A DNA stretch of 64,000 bases, taken from Candidatus Omnitrophota bacterium. Its GTDB lineage: Bacteria > Omnitrophota > Gorgyraeia > Zapsychrales > Zapsychraceae. The notes below the pieces were generated by a model, which saw nothing but the letters and a program-made list of their open reading frames with translations, searched no databases and was not told the DNA's origin. Shown here one piece after another: positions 50,392 to 59,710 of this stretch. The stretch lies in the NCBI GenBank assembly GCA_023247445.1, contig JAHFGL010000005.1, positions 11,087 to 75,086 on the forward strand, written 5' to 3'. Position 1 is the first letter of the stretch. Each line of letters starts with the position of its first letter. Both the position numbers and the translations under genes were made by a program.

Positions 50392-50883
50392 CTATTTTAA
50401 CGCCAGCTGCGGTTCTTTTTTATCAATGGAAACTTCTGGATGCTTCTTGCCCTTCTTAACTGTCATCGTGTGGTATGTTGAATCTTCCTTATAATAATTC
50501 AACCCGCGCTCAATATATTGTGTATCCATTTTTTGCGGCGCAAAAAACTTCGCACAAAATTCTTTTGCCTTCTCTATTTCAAATGAACGGCAACAATAAA
50601 TATCAATAGTAATAAAATCTTTCGGAGAAAGGGTGTGAATAACAATAGAACTTTCAATTAATGGAACCCAGCCAGAAAGACCGGCTTTATCGGGGAACTT
50701 AACTTCATCACTACGAAAAATATTGGGGGGAGCTTGCTTCTCCATTCCCAGATAACCGACGATTTCATCGAGGAATTGATAGCAAAGGGTTAAATCATCA
50801 CAAACACCTTTTTTACAACCATACAAATCGAGTAACAATTGAAAACCAAATACCTGGGAACTGCCAGCAGCAGATTGACTCAT
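50392..50883 (-). CDS. speD: S-adenosylmethionine decarboxylase-family pyruvoyl enzyme
   Basis: L.LDLYGC, GLSG...LIES.I.IHT, IDIYCC, IERG. Confidence 0.75.
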   Translation of the reverse strand: MSQSAAGSSQVFGFQLLLDLYGCKKGVCDDLTLCYQFLDEIVGYLGMEKQAPPNIFRSDEVKFPDKAGLSGWVPLIESSIVIHTLSPKDFITIDIYCCRSFEIEKAKEFCAKFFAPQKMDTQYIERGLNYYKEDSTYHTMTVKKGKKHPEVSIDKKEPQLALK

Positions 50884-51094
50884 TTTTACCTAGCCTTTTT
50901 TAATGATGTTAAAAATAGCTAAACTTGAAATAGAATTGTTTGGTTCGGTTGGTATCCATAATGAAGTACATATATACTACAAATTTAAAAACATTTCCAA
51001 TATTATTTTTGGCTGTGAAAGTGATTTAATTATATATGAAATCTACTTGGGTTTAATATTTTTTTATAAATTCTTTAAATCCAAAACGCGCCCC

Positions 51095-51123
51095 TTGCGC
51101 GAATCTTCCCCTTCGCTTATAAT
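51095..51123 (+). promoter_or_regulatory. Sigma70-type promoter
   Basis: TTGCGC-N17-TATAAT, 10 nt before ATG 51134. Confidence 0.6.
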
Positions 51124-51133
51124 CACGGCAATC

Positions 51134-52099
51134 ATGTCCAAAGCCCCCGCGCTAGCCAAATTCAACAAACTACTCGATGACATCGCGCGTATTTATACAA
51201 CAGCCCGGCAAGCGCAGGTGCGTTTCGCCTGGGAGCTGGGACGACGTGTTGTTGAGGTTGAGCAGGACGGCGACGTCCACGCCGCGTATGGCTCGAAACT
51301 GATCCCTAAAATTTCGAAAGAACTTACCAAAAAGTTTGGACAGGGGTTTTCTCCTGAATCGTTACGAAAGATGCGTCAATTTTATACGCTTAATCCAATT
51401 CAGCCGGCGCCGGCTAAATTGGACTGGACTGATTATGTCGAACTTTTGCCGATTAAGGATAAACAAACACGCACACGTCTGGAACAGCGCGCTGTTAAAG
51501 AAGATCTTAATACTCGCGAGATTCGCCGCATTGTTCAAAAGATCAATAAAACTCCCGCCGCAAAATCCGCCAAAGCACTTGCGCCCTTAAAGCGTCCGAT
51601 GGATCTTAAACTTAACACATTTGCTCGATCAAAATTAACGGCCAAAATTGACAAGGACTTTGTCCTTATTGACTGCGGATTTTTTGTCAACTGGCCTGTT
51701 AAAAAAGAATCTCTAACTGACCTCGTTATTAGCGACACTCCCTCCTACACCTACGCGGCCACCATCGACCGCATTGTCGATGGCGACACGCTGATTGTTT
51801 TAGTTGAGGTGGGTTTCGGCATTATCATGCACGACAAATTGCGGCTGCGCGGCATTGATTGTCCGGAGCTGGGCACCCCCGAGGGTGAAAAGGCCAAGCG
51901 ATATGTCACCAGCCTCCTGCCCGTTGGGTCAGCGATTGTTCTTAAATCCCACAAAACCCGTACTGATACCCACGGCCGGTTTGTGGCGGATGTATTCTTT
52001 AAAGTAAACCAAAACAACAACGATGAAATCATCCAAAGCGGAGTATATTTAAATCAGCACCTTCTGGATCAAAGCCTCGCGGTCCGGATGAAAGAGTAA
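51134..52099 (+). CDS. DUF1016 N-terminal domain fused to thermonuclease (SNase) domain
   Basis: WELGRR.VEVEQ.G...A.YG...GFS..SLRKMRQFY; C-terminal VDGDT, RLRGIDCPE, D.HGRFVADV. Confidence 0.82.
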   Translation: MSKAPALAKFNKLLDDIARIYTTARQAQVRFAWELGRRVVEVEQDGDVHAAYGSKLIPKISKELTKKFGQGFSPESLRKMRQFYTLNPIQPAPAKLDWTDYVELLPIKDKQTRTRLEQRAVKEDLNTREIRRIVQKINKTPAAKSAKALAPLKRPMDLKLNTFARSKLTAKIDKDFVLIDCGFFVNWPVKKESLTDLVISDTPSYTYAATIDRIVDGDTLIVLVEVGFGIIMHDKLRLRGIDCPELGTPEGEKAKRYVTSLLPVGSAIVLKSHKTRTDTHGRFVADVFFKVNQNNNDEIIQSGVYLNQHLLDQSLAVRMKE

Positions 52100-52111
52100 T
52101 CCTATCTAATT

Positions 52112-52420
52112 ATGTCTGAACTTTTACCGATTATATTTTCACCACTCGCCGTACTTATCGGTTATCCCTATTTGGCGCTAATTCCTGCAATTTTTTTGGG
52201 TATCGTTTATTTTAAATTAAAAAAAAATATAGTCGGGATAACGGCTCTCTTGTGGATCATTTACTCTGTATACGAAACTCTTAATTTACTTAGAATTACT
52301 TGTTCTGGTGAATGTAATATTAGGGTAGATTTAATTTTAATATTTCCTTTTTTAACAATACTGACGTTAATATCTCTCTTTCAAATAATAAGGGCAGCTT
52401 TCGTCAAAAGATTACGTTAG
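52112..52420 (+). CDS. Small hypothetical membrane protein
   Basis: Three hydrophobic segments, C...CNIRVDL loop; very AT-rich. Confidence 0.65.
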   Translation: MSELLPIIFSPLAVLIGYPYLALIPAIFLGIVYFKLKKNIVGITALLWIIYSVYETLNLLRITCSGECNIRVDLILIFPFLTILTLISLFQIIRAAFVKRLR

Positions 52421-52479
52421 ATAGATTCGTAAGGATAAGAATTGGAGCATGACAATTTTGTCTCACATGAGACTATCGT

Positions 52480-52508
52480 TTGCAATTTAAACGGAATTAT
52501 TTTACAAT
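52480..52508 (+). promoter_or_regulatory. Sigma70-type promoter of thiSGH
   Basis: TTGCAA-N17-TACAAT. Confidence 0.6.
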
Positions 52509-52539
52509 GAGGCACTTCACTGGAGCCCGAAGAACATTC

Positions 52540-52740
52540 ATGAAAATTACAATTAATGGACAATCTAAAGAACTAAACGATCGATCCAGCTTGCACGAGA
52601 TCATTACTCAATTTTCCAAAGACTGCTCACGTGTCATCGCTGAGGTCAATGGCGAGATTGTTAAAAGCCCTGTGTGGCCTTCGACAACCATTAAAGATGG
52701 CGACACAATTGAACTAGTGACTTTCGTCGGCGGCGGATAG
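52540..52740 (+). CDS. thiS: Sulfur carrier ThiS
   Basis: MKITING...VNGEIV...GD.IELVTFVGGG. Confidence 0.95.
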   Translation: MKITINGQSKELNDRSSLHEIITQFSKDCSRVIAEVNGEIVKSPVWPSTTIKDGDTIELVTFVGGG

Positions 52741-52745
52741 TTTTA

Positions 52746-52825
52746 CAGCTACCAGCTATCAGCCTTCAGCTGCCAGCAGTCTTCAGCTGAAAGCTACTGA
52801 TAGCTGAGAGCTGAAGGCTGAAAGC
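52746..52825. repeat. Inverted heptamer array (CAGCT.. / ..AGCTG)
   Basis: CAGCTAC CAGCTAT CAGCCTT CAGCTGC ... CTGATAG CTGAGAG CTGAAGG CTGAAAG; same family as 28459. Confidence 0.78.
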
Positions 52826-52830
52826 TATTT

Positions 52831-53628
52831 ATGAAAACAACACATACAAAAATGCACGACACACCCTTTGTCATCGCTGGCAAATCCTTTTCGAATCGCT
52901 TTCTTCTGGGCACAGGCAAATTTAAAAATAAAATCGATCTAGCCGAAAGTATCCTTGCTTCTGAAACCGAAATTGTCACCGTCGCCTTGCGACGAATTGA
53001 TTTAGAACGCCACGAAGAAAATATCCTCGAATATATTCCATCCAACGTTACGCTTCTGACAAATACTTCCGGGGCGCGTACTGCGAAAGAAGCCATCCGC
53101 ATTGCCCGATTGGCTAAAGAATCCGGCTATGGCAATTGGGTTAAAATCGAAGTCATCAATGACAGTAAATATTTACTCCCTGATAATAATGAAACGATTG
53201 CGGCCACCGAAGTTTTAGCCGCCGAAGGCTTTGTTGTTCTTCCCTATATGTATCCTGATTTGTATGCCGCGCGCGCGCTTGTTAAAGCGGGAGCCGCAAG
53301 CATCATGCCGCTAGGGTCACTTATTGGCAGCAATCAAGGATTAAAGGCAAAAGAATTTATTAAGATATTGATTCAAGAAATTAAAGACGTGCCCATTATT
53401 GTTGATGCCGGCATTGGCTCGCCTTCACAGGCTGCGCAAGCGATGGAAATGGGTGCCGATGCTGTGCTCGTTAATACCGCGGTTGCCACTGCTGGAGATC
53501 CAGCCACACTCGCTAAAAGTTTTTCCATGGCGGTTGCCGCTGGCCGCTTAGCTTATTTAAGTAAATTGCCGCAACAAAAAGATATCGCCACCGCTTCTTC
53601 ACCATTAACAGGTTTTCTTTACGAATAA
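52831..53628 (+). CDS. thiG: Thiazole synthase
   Basis: LGTGKF, VTVALRR, NTSG, WVKIEVI, VDAGIG.PS.A..AMEMG. Confidence 0.97.
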   Translation: MKTTHTKMHDTPFVIAGKSFSNRFLLGTGKFKNKIDLAESILASETEIVTVALRRIDLERHEENILEYIPSNVTLLTNTSGARTAKEAIRIARLAKESGYGNWVKIEVINDSKYLLPDNNETIAATEVLAAEGFVVLPYMYPDLYAARALVKAGAASIMPLGSLIGSNQGLKAKEFIKILIQEIKDVPIIVDAGIGSPSQAAQAMEMGADAVLVNTAVATAGDPATLAKSFSMAVAAGRLAYLSKLPQQKDIATASSPLTGFLYE

Positions 53629-53630
53629 CC

Positions 53631-54647
53631 ATGTTTACACTGACAGAAATTCAAAGCGCCTTAAACAATAATGATCCGCATTTCATTGAACAATTAGCTC
53701 AGAAGGCCAAAACAATTAAAGAACAATTTTTTGGTCGCACGATTGCTCTTTACGCCCCTCTTTATTTATCTAATTACTGCAGTAGTTATTGTACCTATTG
53801 CGGCTTTCACAGTCACAACCGCATTAAACGATTTAAATTAACCCAAAAAGAAATGCACCAAGAAATGAATTTCCTGGCCAAGCAAGGCATAGAAAATATT
53901 TTGCTTTTAACCGGCGAGTCCTACAACGTGACGCCGCTTTCCTATTTAAAAGAAGCCGTAAGCGTCGCCAAGCAATATTTTTCAAATATTAGCATTGAAG
54001 TTCATCCGATGGATGAGAATGATTACAAAGAACTCTTTGTCGCTGGGGTTGATGGTGTAACGGTTTATCAAGAGACATATGATCGCGTTCGTTACGCACA
54101 AGTCCATGTCAGTGGTCAAAAAGCGGATTATGATTATCGCTATGGGACGCCAGCGCGCGCCGCCAAAGCGGGTATTCGCAACATTTCGATAGGAATTTTG
54201 TTGGGGCTAGCCGATGTCGCGCAAGATCTTTTTGCACTCTACAGCCATCTGCATGACATGGAAAAAGATTATCCCGGCGTTGAATACAGCCTTTCTTTCC
54301 CTCGATTTAAAACCATCAAAGGGGAAGACTTTGCTCAATCTTACGTGGACGATAAAACGTTTATCAAGATTATTTGTCTAACGCGGATTTTGTTTCCTCG
54401 CGTTGGGATTAATTTGTCTACGAGGGAAAGTGCCCAGTTGCGCAACAACATCTTGGAACTTGGCATCACTAAAATATCGGCGGGATCAAACACATCTGTA
54501 GGCGGATATACACTTAAAACACCCGAAGAACAAGATCCCCAGTTTGACGTAGAAGATCATCGCTCCATTGATGAAGTCATTAAACTTTTGAAGAAACGCA
54601 ACCTCGATCCTGTCCTTACCGACTGGCGGCGCATTGAATTAGAATGA
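53631..54647 (+). CDS. thiH: Radical SAM ThiH-like protein
   Basis: YAPLYLSNYC...C.YCGF, YQETY, LSTRE, SAGS.T.VGGY, QF...D.RS. Confidence 0.9.
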   Translation: MFTLTEIQSALNNNDPHFIEQLAQKAKTIKEQFFGRTIALYAPLYLSNYCSSYCTYCGFHSHNRIKRFKLTQKEMHQEMNFLAKQGIENILLLTGESYNVTPLSYLKEAVSVAKQYFSNISIEVHPMDENDYKELFVAGVDGVTVYQETYDRVRYAQVHVSGQKADYDYRYGTPARAAKAGIRNISIGILLGLADVAQDLFALYSHLHDMEKDYPGVEYSLSFPRFKTIKGEDFAQSYVDDKTFIKIICLTRILFPRVGINLSTRESAQLRNNILELGITKISAGSNTSVGGYTLKTPEEQDPQFDVEDHRSIDEVIKLLKKRNLDPVLTDWRRIELE

Positions 54648-55208
54648 AAGCATCTTGCTCTTAAAAGTTGATTTTAATTCTTCGAAACTTGGTCGATATT
54701 TATCAAAGTTTTCTGGATCCGTAATCATTTTAATTTCATAAAATATATTGTTCTCCGAAATCATATAAAAATCCAAAGTCAACTGGGCTGTTCCCATATC
54801 CTGATAAAGAACCCACTTCGATAATTGTTCGTTAATCTTGATTTCACCTTTTTGAATAATCCTAAATCCTTGATTGGTCAGCGCATTAATAATAAGAGGG
54901 AACTCATCTTCAATCCAAAAAGATCTTTCCAACTTCTTTGACGAAAGACTAATCGTCGTATTCGGGCCACCTTTGCGTGATTTTTGATCCACCGGGATAA
55001 GCACAATTGTTCTTGTCATGGTTTCTGGGTCGCTGTATTTGCCTTCATGACTTAACTCTGCACTTTTCTCCCAACCAGCTGGAATAACAAAAGTATACCC
55101 ATAACCTTTAACCTTGTCCGATTTAAATAACTTCGAATGGTTACAGCTATAAATAAAAACAACGGCCCCAATAAATATAATGAAAATATTCTTCACTGAA
55201 TCTGACAT
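54639..55208 (-). CDS. Hypothetical exported protein (PsbP/DcrB-like)
   Basis: N-terminal hydrophobic segment with Cys; YTF.IPAGW; F.E...TF ending. Confidence 0.55.
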   Translation of the reverse strand: MSDSVKNIFIIFIGAVVFIYSCNHSKLFKSDKVKGYGYTFVIPAGWEKSAELSHEGKYSDPETMTRTIVLIPVDQKSRKGGPNTTISLSSKKLERSFWIEDEFPLIINALTNQGFRIIQKGEIKINEQLSKWVLYQDMGTAQLTLDFYMISENNIFYEIKMITDPENFDKYRPSFEELKSTFKSKMLSF

Positions 55209-55316
55209 AAGCTGCCGCTCCTAAAAAATAATTAGTATGTGACTATTTGATCTAATATTACTTATAAATATCATGAGTACAACAATATTCATGACCTTTT
55301 TATTCTAGATAAAATA

Positions 55317-55350
55317 AGAGGGGACAAGTTAATTGTATCTTGTCCCCTTT
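55317..55350. terminator. Hairpin downstream of cysK
   Basis: AGGGGACAAG / CTTGTCCCCT with A/T tails. Confidence 0.55.
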
Positions 55351-55374
55351 TATCTCTAAAACCTAAACCCTATT

Positions 55375-56337
55375 TTATGTTCTAAATTCAGCAAATAGGT
55401 CTGTACTCAAATATCGTTCACCGGTGCTAGGAATAATAGCCACGATCAACTTACCTTTATTCTCTGGACGCTTTGCAACTTGCAACGCCGCACAAACAGC
55501 CGCACCAGAAGAGATCCCGCACAAAATGCCCTCTTCGCGGATAAGTCGTTTCGCATATTCAAAGGCTTCTTCATTACTAACTTGAATGATTTCATCAATA
55601 ATCTTTGTATTTAAAATACTTGGAACAAATCCAGCGCCGATCCCTTGAATCTTATGTGGCCCTGGTTGTCCGCCGGAAAGAACCGGAGAACCTTTGGGTT
55701 CAACGGCAATTGTTTTAAACGAAGGTTTTCTTTTCTTGATGACTTCAGAAACACCCGTGATCGTTCCGCCGGTTCCGATGCCAGAAATAAGAATGTCTGC
55801 TTTGCCATCGGTGTCATTCCAAATTTCTTCAGCGGTAGTCTTTCGATGAACTTCAGGATTCGCCAAGTTATCAAATTGCTGCGGAACAAAATAGTTTGAG
55901 TCAGATTCAGCTAATTCTTTAGCTTTCTTGATAGCCCCCTTCATCCCTTCCGGTCCAGGAGTTAAAATCAAATTAGCGCCTAAAGCTTTAAGTAAAGCCC
56001 GTCGCTCTAAACTCATCGTCTCAGGCATTGTTAAAGTTATCTTGTAACCTTTAACAGCGCAAACAAAAGCCAGCGCAATTCCCGTATTTCCAGAAGTCGG
56101 CTCAAGAATAACTGTTTTATCTTTTTTAATTTTCCCATCGCGTTCAGCGGCTTCAATCATCGCCAAACCGATTCGGTCTTTAACGGATCCTAATGGATTA
56201 TAAAATTCTAATTTTAAAACGACATCAGCAACACAGCCTTGTGTCAGTTTATTTAATCGCACCAGCGGTGTTTTGCCAATAAGTTCTGTAATATCATTCG
56301 CTATTTTCATTTTACTCTCCGTAGCTGTTGGTCCCAT
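55375..56337 (-). CDS. cysK: Cysteine synthase A
   Basis: [36 protein letters not shown]; start 56337 or 56310. Confidence 0.97.
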   Translation of the reverse strand: MGPTATESKMKIANDITELIGKTPLVRLNKLTQGCVADVVLKLEFYNPLGSVKDRIGLAMIEAAERDGKIKKDKTVILEPTSGNTGIALAFVCAVKGYKITLTMPETMSLERRALLKALGANLILTPGPEGMKGAIKKAKELAESDSNYFVPQQFDNLANPEVHRKTTAEEIWNDTDGKADILISGIGTGGTITGVSEVIKKRKPSFKTIAVEPKGSPVLSGGQPGPHKIQGIGAGFVPSILNTKIIDEIIQVSNEEAFEYAKRLIREEGILCGISSGAAVCAALQVAKRPENKGKLIVAIIPSTGERYLSTDLFAEFRT

Positions 56338-56410
56338 GTTTATCCTCCCTATTAAATTATTAACGGACAAAGATTTTAAATTGATAGTGCAATGTACCTT
56401 TGATCTCTTA

Positions 56411-56520
56411 TGTCATTTCCGCCCCGCGTTGTCATACCCGCGGAAGCGGGTATCTAAGCGGGGTAAATTCCCGCGGGAATCTAAATTTTGGATGCCCGAC
56501 AAAAACATTCGGGCATGACA
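56411..56520. repeat. Nested GTCAT REP-like palindromes
   Basis: GTCATACCCGCGGAAGCGGGTATC, ATTCCCGCGGGAAT, GATGCCCGACAAAAACATTCGGGCATGACA. Confidence 0.82.
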
Positions 56521-56590
56521 GATTACTCGCTTAAAAATAAATACAAATTAAGAAGTTGAGGGGGATTATAACATCGGCAAAAATGATGTG

Positions 56591-58480
56591 TCAAGAAGTC
56601 GTTTCCTGCGATCTTCCTTCGCGGAGTTTCTTTAAATGAATCATCAAAATAGAAATTGCCGCCGGGGTAACCCCAGAAATACGATTGGCCTGGCCTAAAT
56701 TCATTGGGGAAAAGCGCTGCAGTTTCTGACGAATCTCGTGCGAAAGTCCGTGGATGACATCATAATTCATATCGCTAGGAATGCGGATATATTCAATGTG
56801 ACGAAAACGCTCAACTTCTTTTAATTGGCGAACAATGAATCCTTCATATTTAATTTCATATTCAACCTGATCAATCACTTCCTGGGGGAAATTTTTGAGC
56901 ATGCCATCGTAAGGCGCGATCATCGAGTAGCTTATCTCTGGTCGTCTTAAAATGTCGCTAAGCGTTGCTGGCTGGCGTAGCGGACTACTATTATATTTAA
57001 CCAATTCTTTATCCAAGTCACTGCCTGGATAAATTCGTGTCGTTCGCAAGTGTTCAATTTCTTTGTCGATAGCGATATACTTCTCTTCTACTTTCCGACA
57101 ATCGGCATCAGTTAATAAACCAAAATTTCGACCATGATGTGACAAGCGTTTATCGGCGTTATCTTCACGAACAATCAATCGATATTCAACCCGTGAGGTA
57201 AACATTCGATACGGCTCGTCTGTTCCCTTGGTTGTTAAATCATCGATCAAAACACCAATATAAGAATCTCGTCCTAAAATAAACGGTTCCTGATTTTTAA
57301 CCTTAAGCGCCGCGTTGATTCCCGCCACCAAGCCTTGCGCGCCCGCTTCTTCATATCCAGTTGTGCCATTGATTTGCCCAGCCAAATATAATCCCTGAAC
57401 TTTTTTAGTTTCCAAATAAGGTCGTAATTCCGTCGGCGGCACAACGCCATGCTCAATGGAATAACCATAGCGATTAATTTTTACTTTTTCCAAACCAACA
57501 ATGGAATGAACCATTTGCTCCTGGACTTCTTCGGGAAGACCCGTTGAAATTCCATTTGGATAATATTCATCTGTATCTAAACCTTCAGGCTCCAAGAAAA
57601 CATGATGACTGCCGCGGTCGGCAAACTTTTTTAATTTATCTTCAATGGAAGGACAATAACGCACACCCGTTGCTTGAATTTGGCCGGAATACATCGGCGA
57701 CAAATGCATATTCGCGCGAATAATTTCATGAGTTTGATTCGTTGTATGCGTAATATGGCAAGGCAAGAGCTTTTGCTCTTTGGGAATAAACGGTGTTCGA
57801 AAAGAAAATGGAATCGGCCGGTCATCGGAATGCTGAGCTTCTAGTTTGGAGAAATCAATTGTCTTTCCATCTAAGCGCGGTGGAGTTCCCGTTTTAAAAA
57901 ATAAAACTTCAAATCCTAAATCTTTAATATTATCAGCCAGGCGCGTTGAGTTGGGTTCACCAATACGACCGCCAGCTGTAATCTTCGTTCCAACATGCAT
58001 CCGTCCTTTTAAAAATGTTCCCGTCGTAACAATAACGCTTTGGCAACCAATCTCAACGCCAGATTCTGTTTTAATACCAACAACTTTGCCATTTGTAACA
58101 ACAATCTCTCCAACTTTATCTTCAAGGACAGTTAAGTTCGGTTGACTCTTAACAACTGCTTGCATGTAAAGCTTATATTGTTTGCGATCGGATTGGCAGC
58201 GTGAGGAGCGAACGGCCTGGCCTTTAGAGGCGTTGAGTTGACGAAATTGAATACCGGTCCGATCGGCCGCTAAACCCATCTCACCACCTAAAGCATCAAT
58301 CTCTTTAACCAATTGCCCTTTGCCAACGCCGCCAATAGCTGGATTGCAGCTCATTTGACCGATGGTGTCATAAAACAACGTCACCATAAGTGTTGAGCAA
58401 CCCATTCGGCTGCTGGCTAAAGCCGCTTCAACACCCGCATGACCAGCGCCGATGACAATACAATCGTAGTGTTTATTCAT
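56591..58480 (-). CDS. mnmG: tRNA modification enzyme MnmG
   Basis: GAGHAG.EAA, MSCNPAIGG, KTGTPPR, RYCPSIEDK, AGQINGTTGYEEA. Confidence 0.98.
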   Translation of the reverse strand: MNKHYDCIVIGAGHAGVEAALASSRMGCSTLMVTLFYDTIGQMSCNPAIGGVGKGQLVKEIDALGGEMGLAADRTGIQFRQLNASKGQAVRSSRCQSDRKQYKLYMQAVVKSQPNLTVLEDKVGEIVVTNGKVVGIKTESGVEIGCQSVIVTTGTFLKGRMHVGTKITAGGRIGEPNSTRLADNIKDLGFEVLFFKTGTPPRLDGKTIDFSKLEAQHSDDRPIPFSFRTPFIPKEQKLLPCHITHTTNQTHEIIRANMHLSPMYSGQIQATGVRYCPSIEDKLKKFADRGSHHVFLEPEGLDTDEYYPNGISTGLPEEVQEQMVHSIVGLEKVKINRYGYSIEHGVVPPTELRPYLETKKVQGLYLAGQINGTTGYEEAGAQGLVAGINAALKVKNQEPFILGRDSYIGVLIDDLTTKGTDEPYRMFTSRVEYRLIVREDNADKRLSHHGRNFGLLTDADCRKVEEKYIAIDKEIEHLRTTRIYPGSDLDKELVKYNSSPLRQPATLSDILRRPEISYSMIAPYDGMLKNFPQEVIDQVEYEIKYEGFIVRQLKEVERFRHIEYIRIPSDMNYDVIHGLSHEIRQKLQRFSPMNLGQANRISGVTPAAISILMIHLKKLREGRSQETTS

Positions 58481-58534
58481 AGTTCATAAAGTTAACGTAC
58501 AAATAAGACTTTGTCAAGAAAGCATTCTTTCACG

Positions 58535-58684
58535 AAATCCCAATATACAAATACCAAATACCAAACAATACACAAATTTCAATGACCAAAGTTCAAAATT
58601 ATTTGTTTGGTCATCATAATTTGTGTTGTTTGAGATTTGTGATTTATATATTGTTTGGAATTTGGTACTTGGAATGTGGAATTT
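58535..58684. repeat. Degenerate inverted heptamer array (CAAATAC / TTGGAAT)
   Basis: CAAATAC CAAATAC CAAACAA ... TTGTTTG GAATTTG GTACTTG GAATGTG GAATTT. Confidence 0.65.
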
Positions 58685-59687
58685 ATTTTTTAGGAGGAGC
58701 GCAGGACTCGCGAATAACCAACTCCGGAGGCATGATAATATGTTTCTTCGTCTTGATCTCTCCGCTCATTAAGCTGCTTAACAAGCGAACAGATTCTTCC
58801 GCCATTTGAAACAAGGGTTGTTTAATCGTCGTTAAAGCAACTGATCCGTATAAACAGGCGGGGTTATCATCAAAACCAATAACGGAAACATCTTGGGGAA
58901 CTTTTACTTTCTTCTCTAAAAGAGCAGCGATAATTTCTAAAGCCATATCATCACTGGCGGCAAAAATTGCTGTTGGCGGCTCTTTAAGTTTTAAAAATTG
59001 TTCAACAGCAACCCGCGCACAACGCCTTGAATAATCTCCTTGATAAACATATTCCGTAGGTAAATTGACTTTTTTCTTTTGTAAATATTTCTTAAAACCT
59101 TCAAATCGTTCTAATCCCGATTGAGTATTAAGATTTCCTGTCACCGTGGCTATACGATTGTGTCCTAAGCTTACTAAATAATCAGCCGCAATCTCCCCCC
59201 CACGAGTATTATCAACAGCGATATAACTTACATCCAAATCTTCTACTTTATTATTGATAACAACTGATGATGTCCCCATCGCAAGGGCTGACTCCACTTG
59301 CTTACGATTTTCAATAATATCAGCAAAGATAACTCCCCCAACACTACTAGAATTAAGAGGATTAAATCCATTAGTAATGTGAAAAACCATATCCAGATGG
59401 GCCGTTTCACACCCATGGCCAACGCCACGGATTAATTCAATCGCATAGAAAGAATAAAAAATACCAGGATAGCCTGGCATTACCAAGCCAATAGAATTGT
59501 TAACTCCCTTAGCTAATCGTTGCGCACTGACATTGGGTTTAAACTTAAAAAAGGCAATAGCCTCTTCGACTTTAGTTTTATTTCTTTCAGAAACCGTTGG
59601 GAAGTTATTTAAAACGCGGGAAACTGTCGTAATAGAAACTTTGGCGCGGTGAGCAACATCAGTTATACTAACCTTTTTCGTATGCAC
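58683..59687 (-). CDS. LacI-family transcriptional regulator
   Basis: ITDVA..AKVS.TTVSRVLN, R..GF, D.MA, DVSVIGFDD, LTTIKQP. Confidence 0.96.
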   Translation of the reverse strand: MHTKKVSITDVAHRAKVSITTVSRVLNNFPTVSERNKTKVEEAIAFFKFKPNVSAQRLAKGVNNSIGLVMPGYPGIFYSFYAIELIRGVGHGCETAHLDMVFHITNGFNPLNSSSVGGVIFADIIENRKQVESALAMGTSSVVINNKVEDLDVSYIAVDNTRGGEIAADYLVSLGHNRIATVTGNLNTQSGLERFEGFKKYLQKKKVNLPTEYVYQGDYSRRCARVAVEQFLKLKEPPTAIFAASDDMALEIIAALLEKKVKVPQDVSVIGFDDNPACLYGSVALTTIKQPLFQMAEESVRLLSSLMSGEIKTKKHIIMPPELVIRESCAPPKK

Positions 59688-59710
59688 GTTTTTTAGCTTA
59701 CTTTTCTAGA

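Noticed and set aside
50903-51133. N-terminal 77 aa of the 398-aa ORF
   Set aside because: AT-rich, contains the predicted promoter; similarity starts at MSKAP (51134)
52420-52540. TPP riboswitch before thiS
   Set aside because: No recognisable TPP aptamer core, and the predicted promoter leaves only about 25 nt of leader
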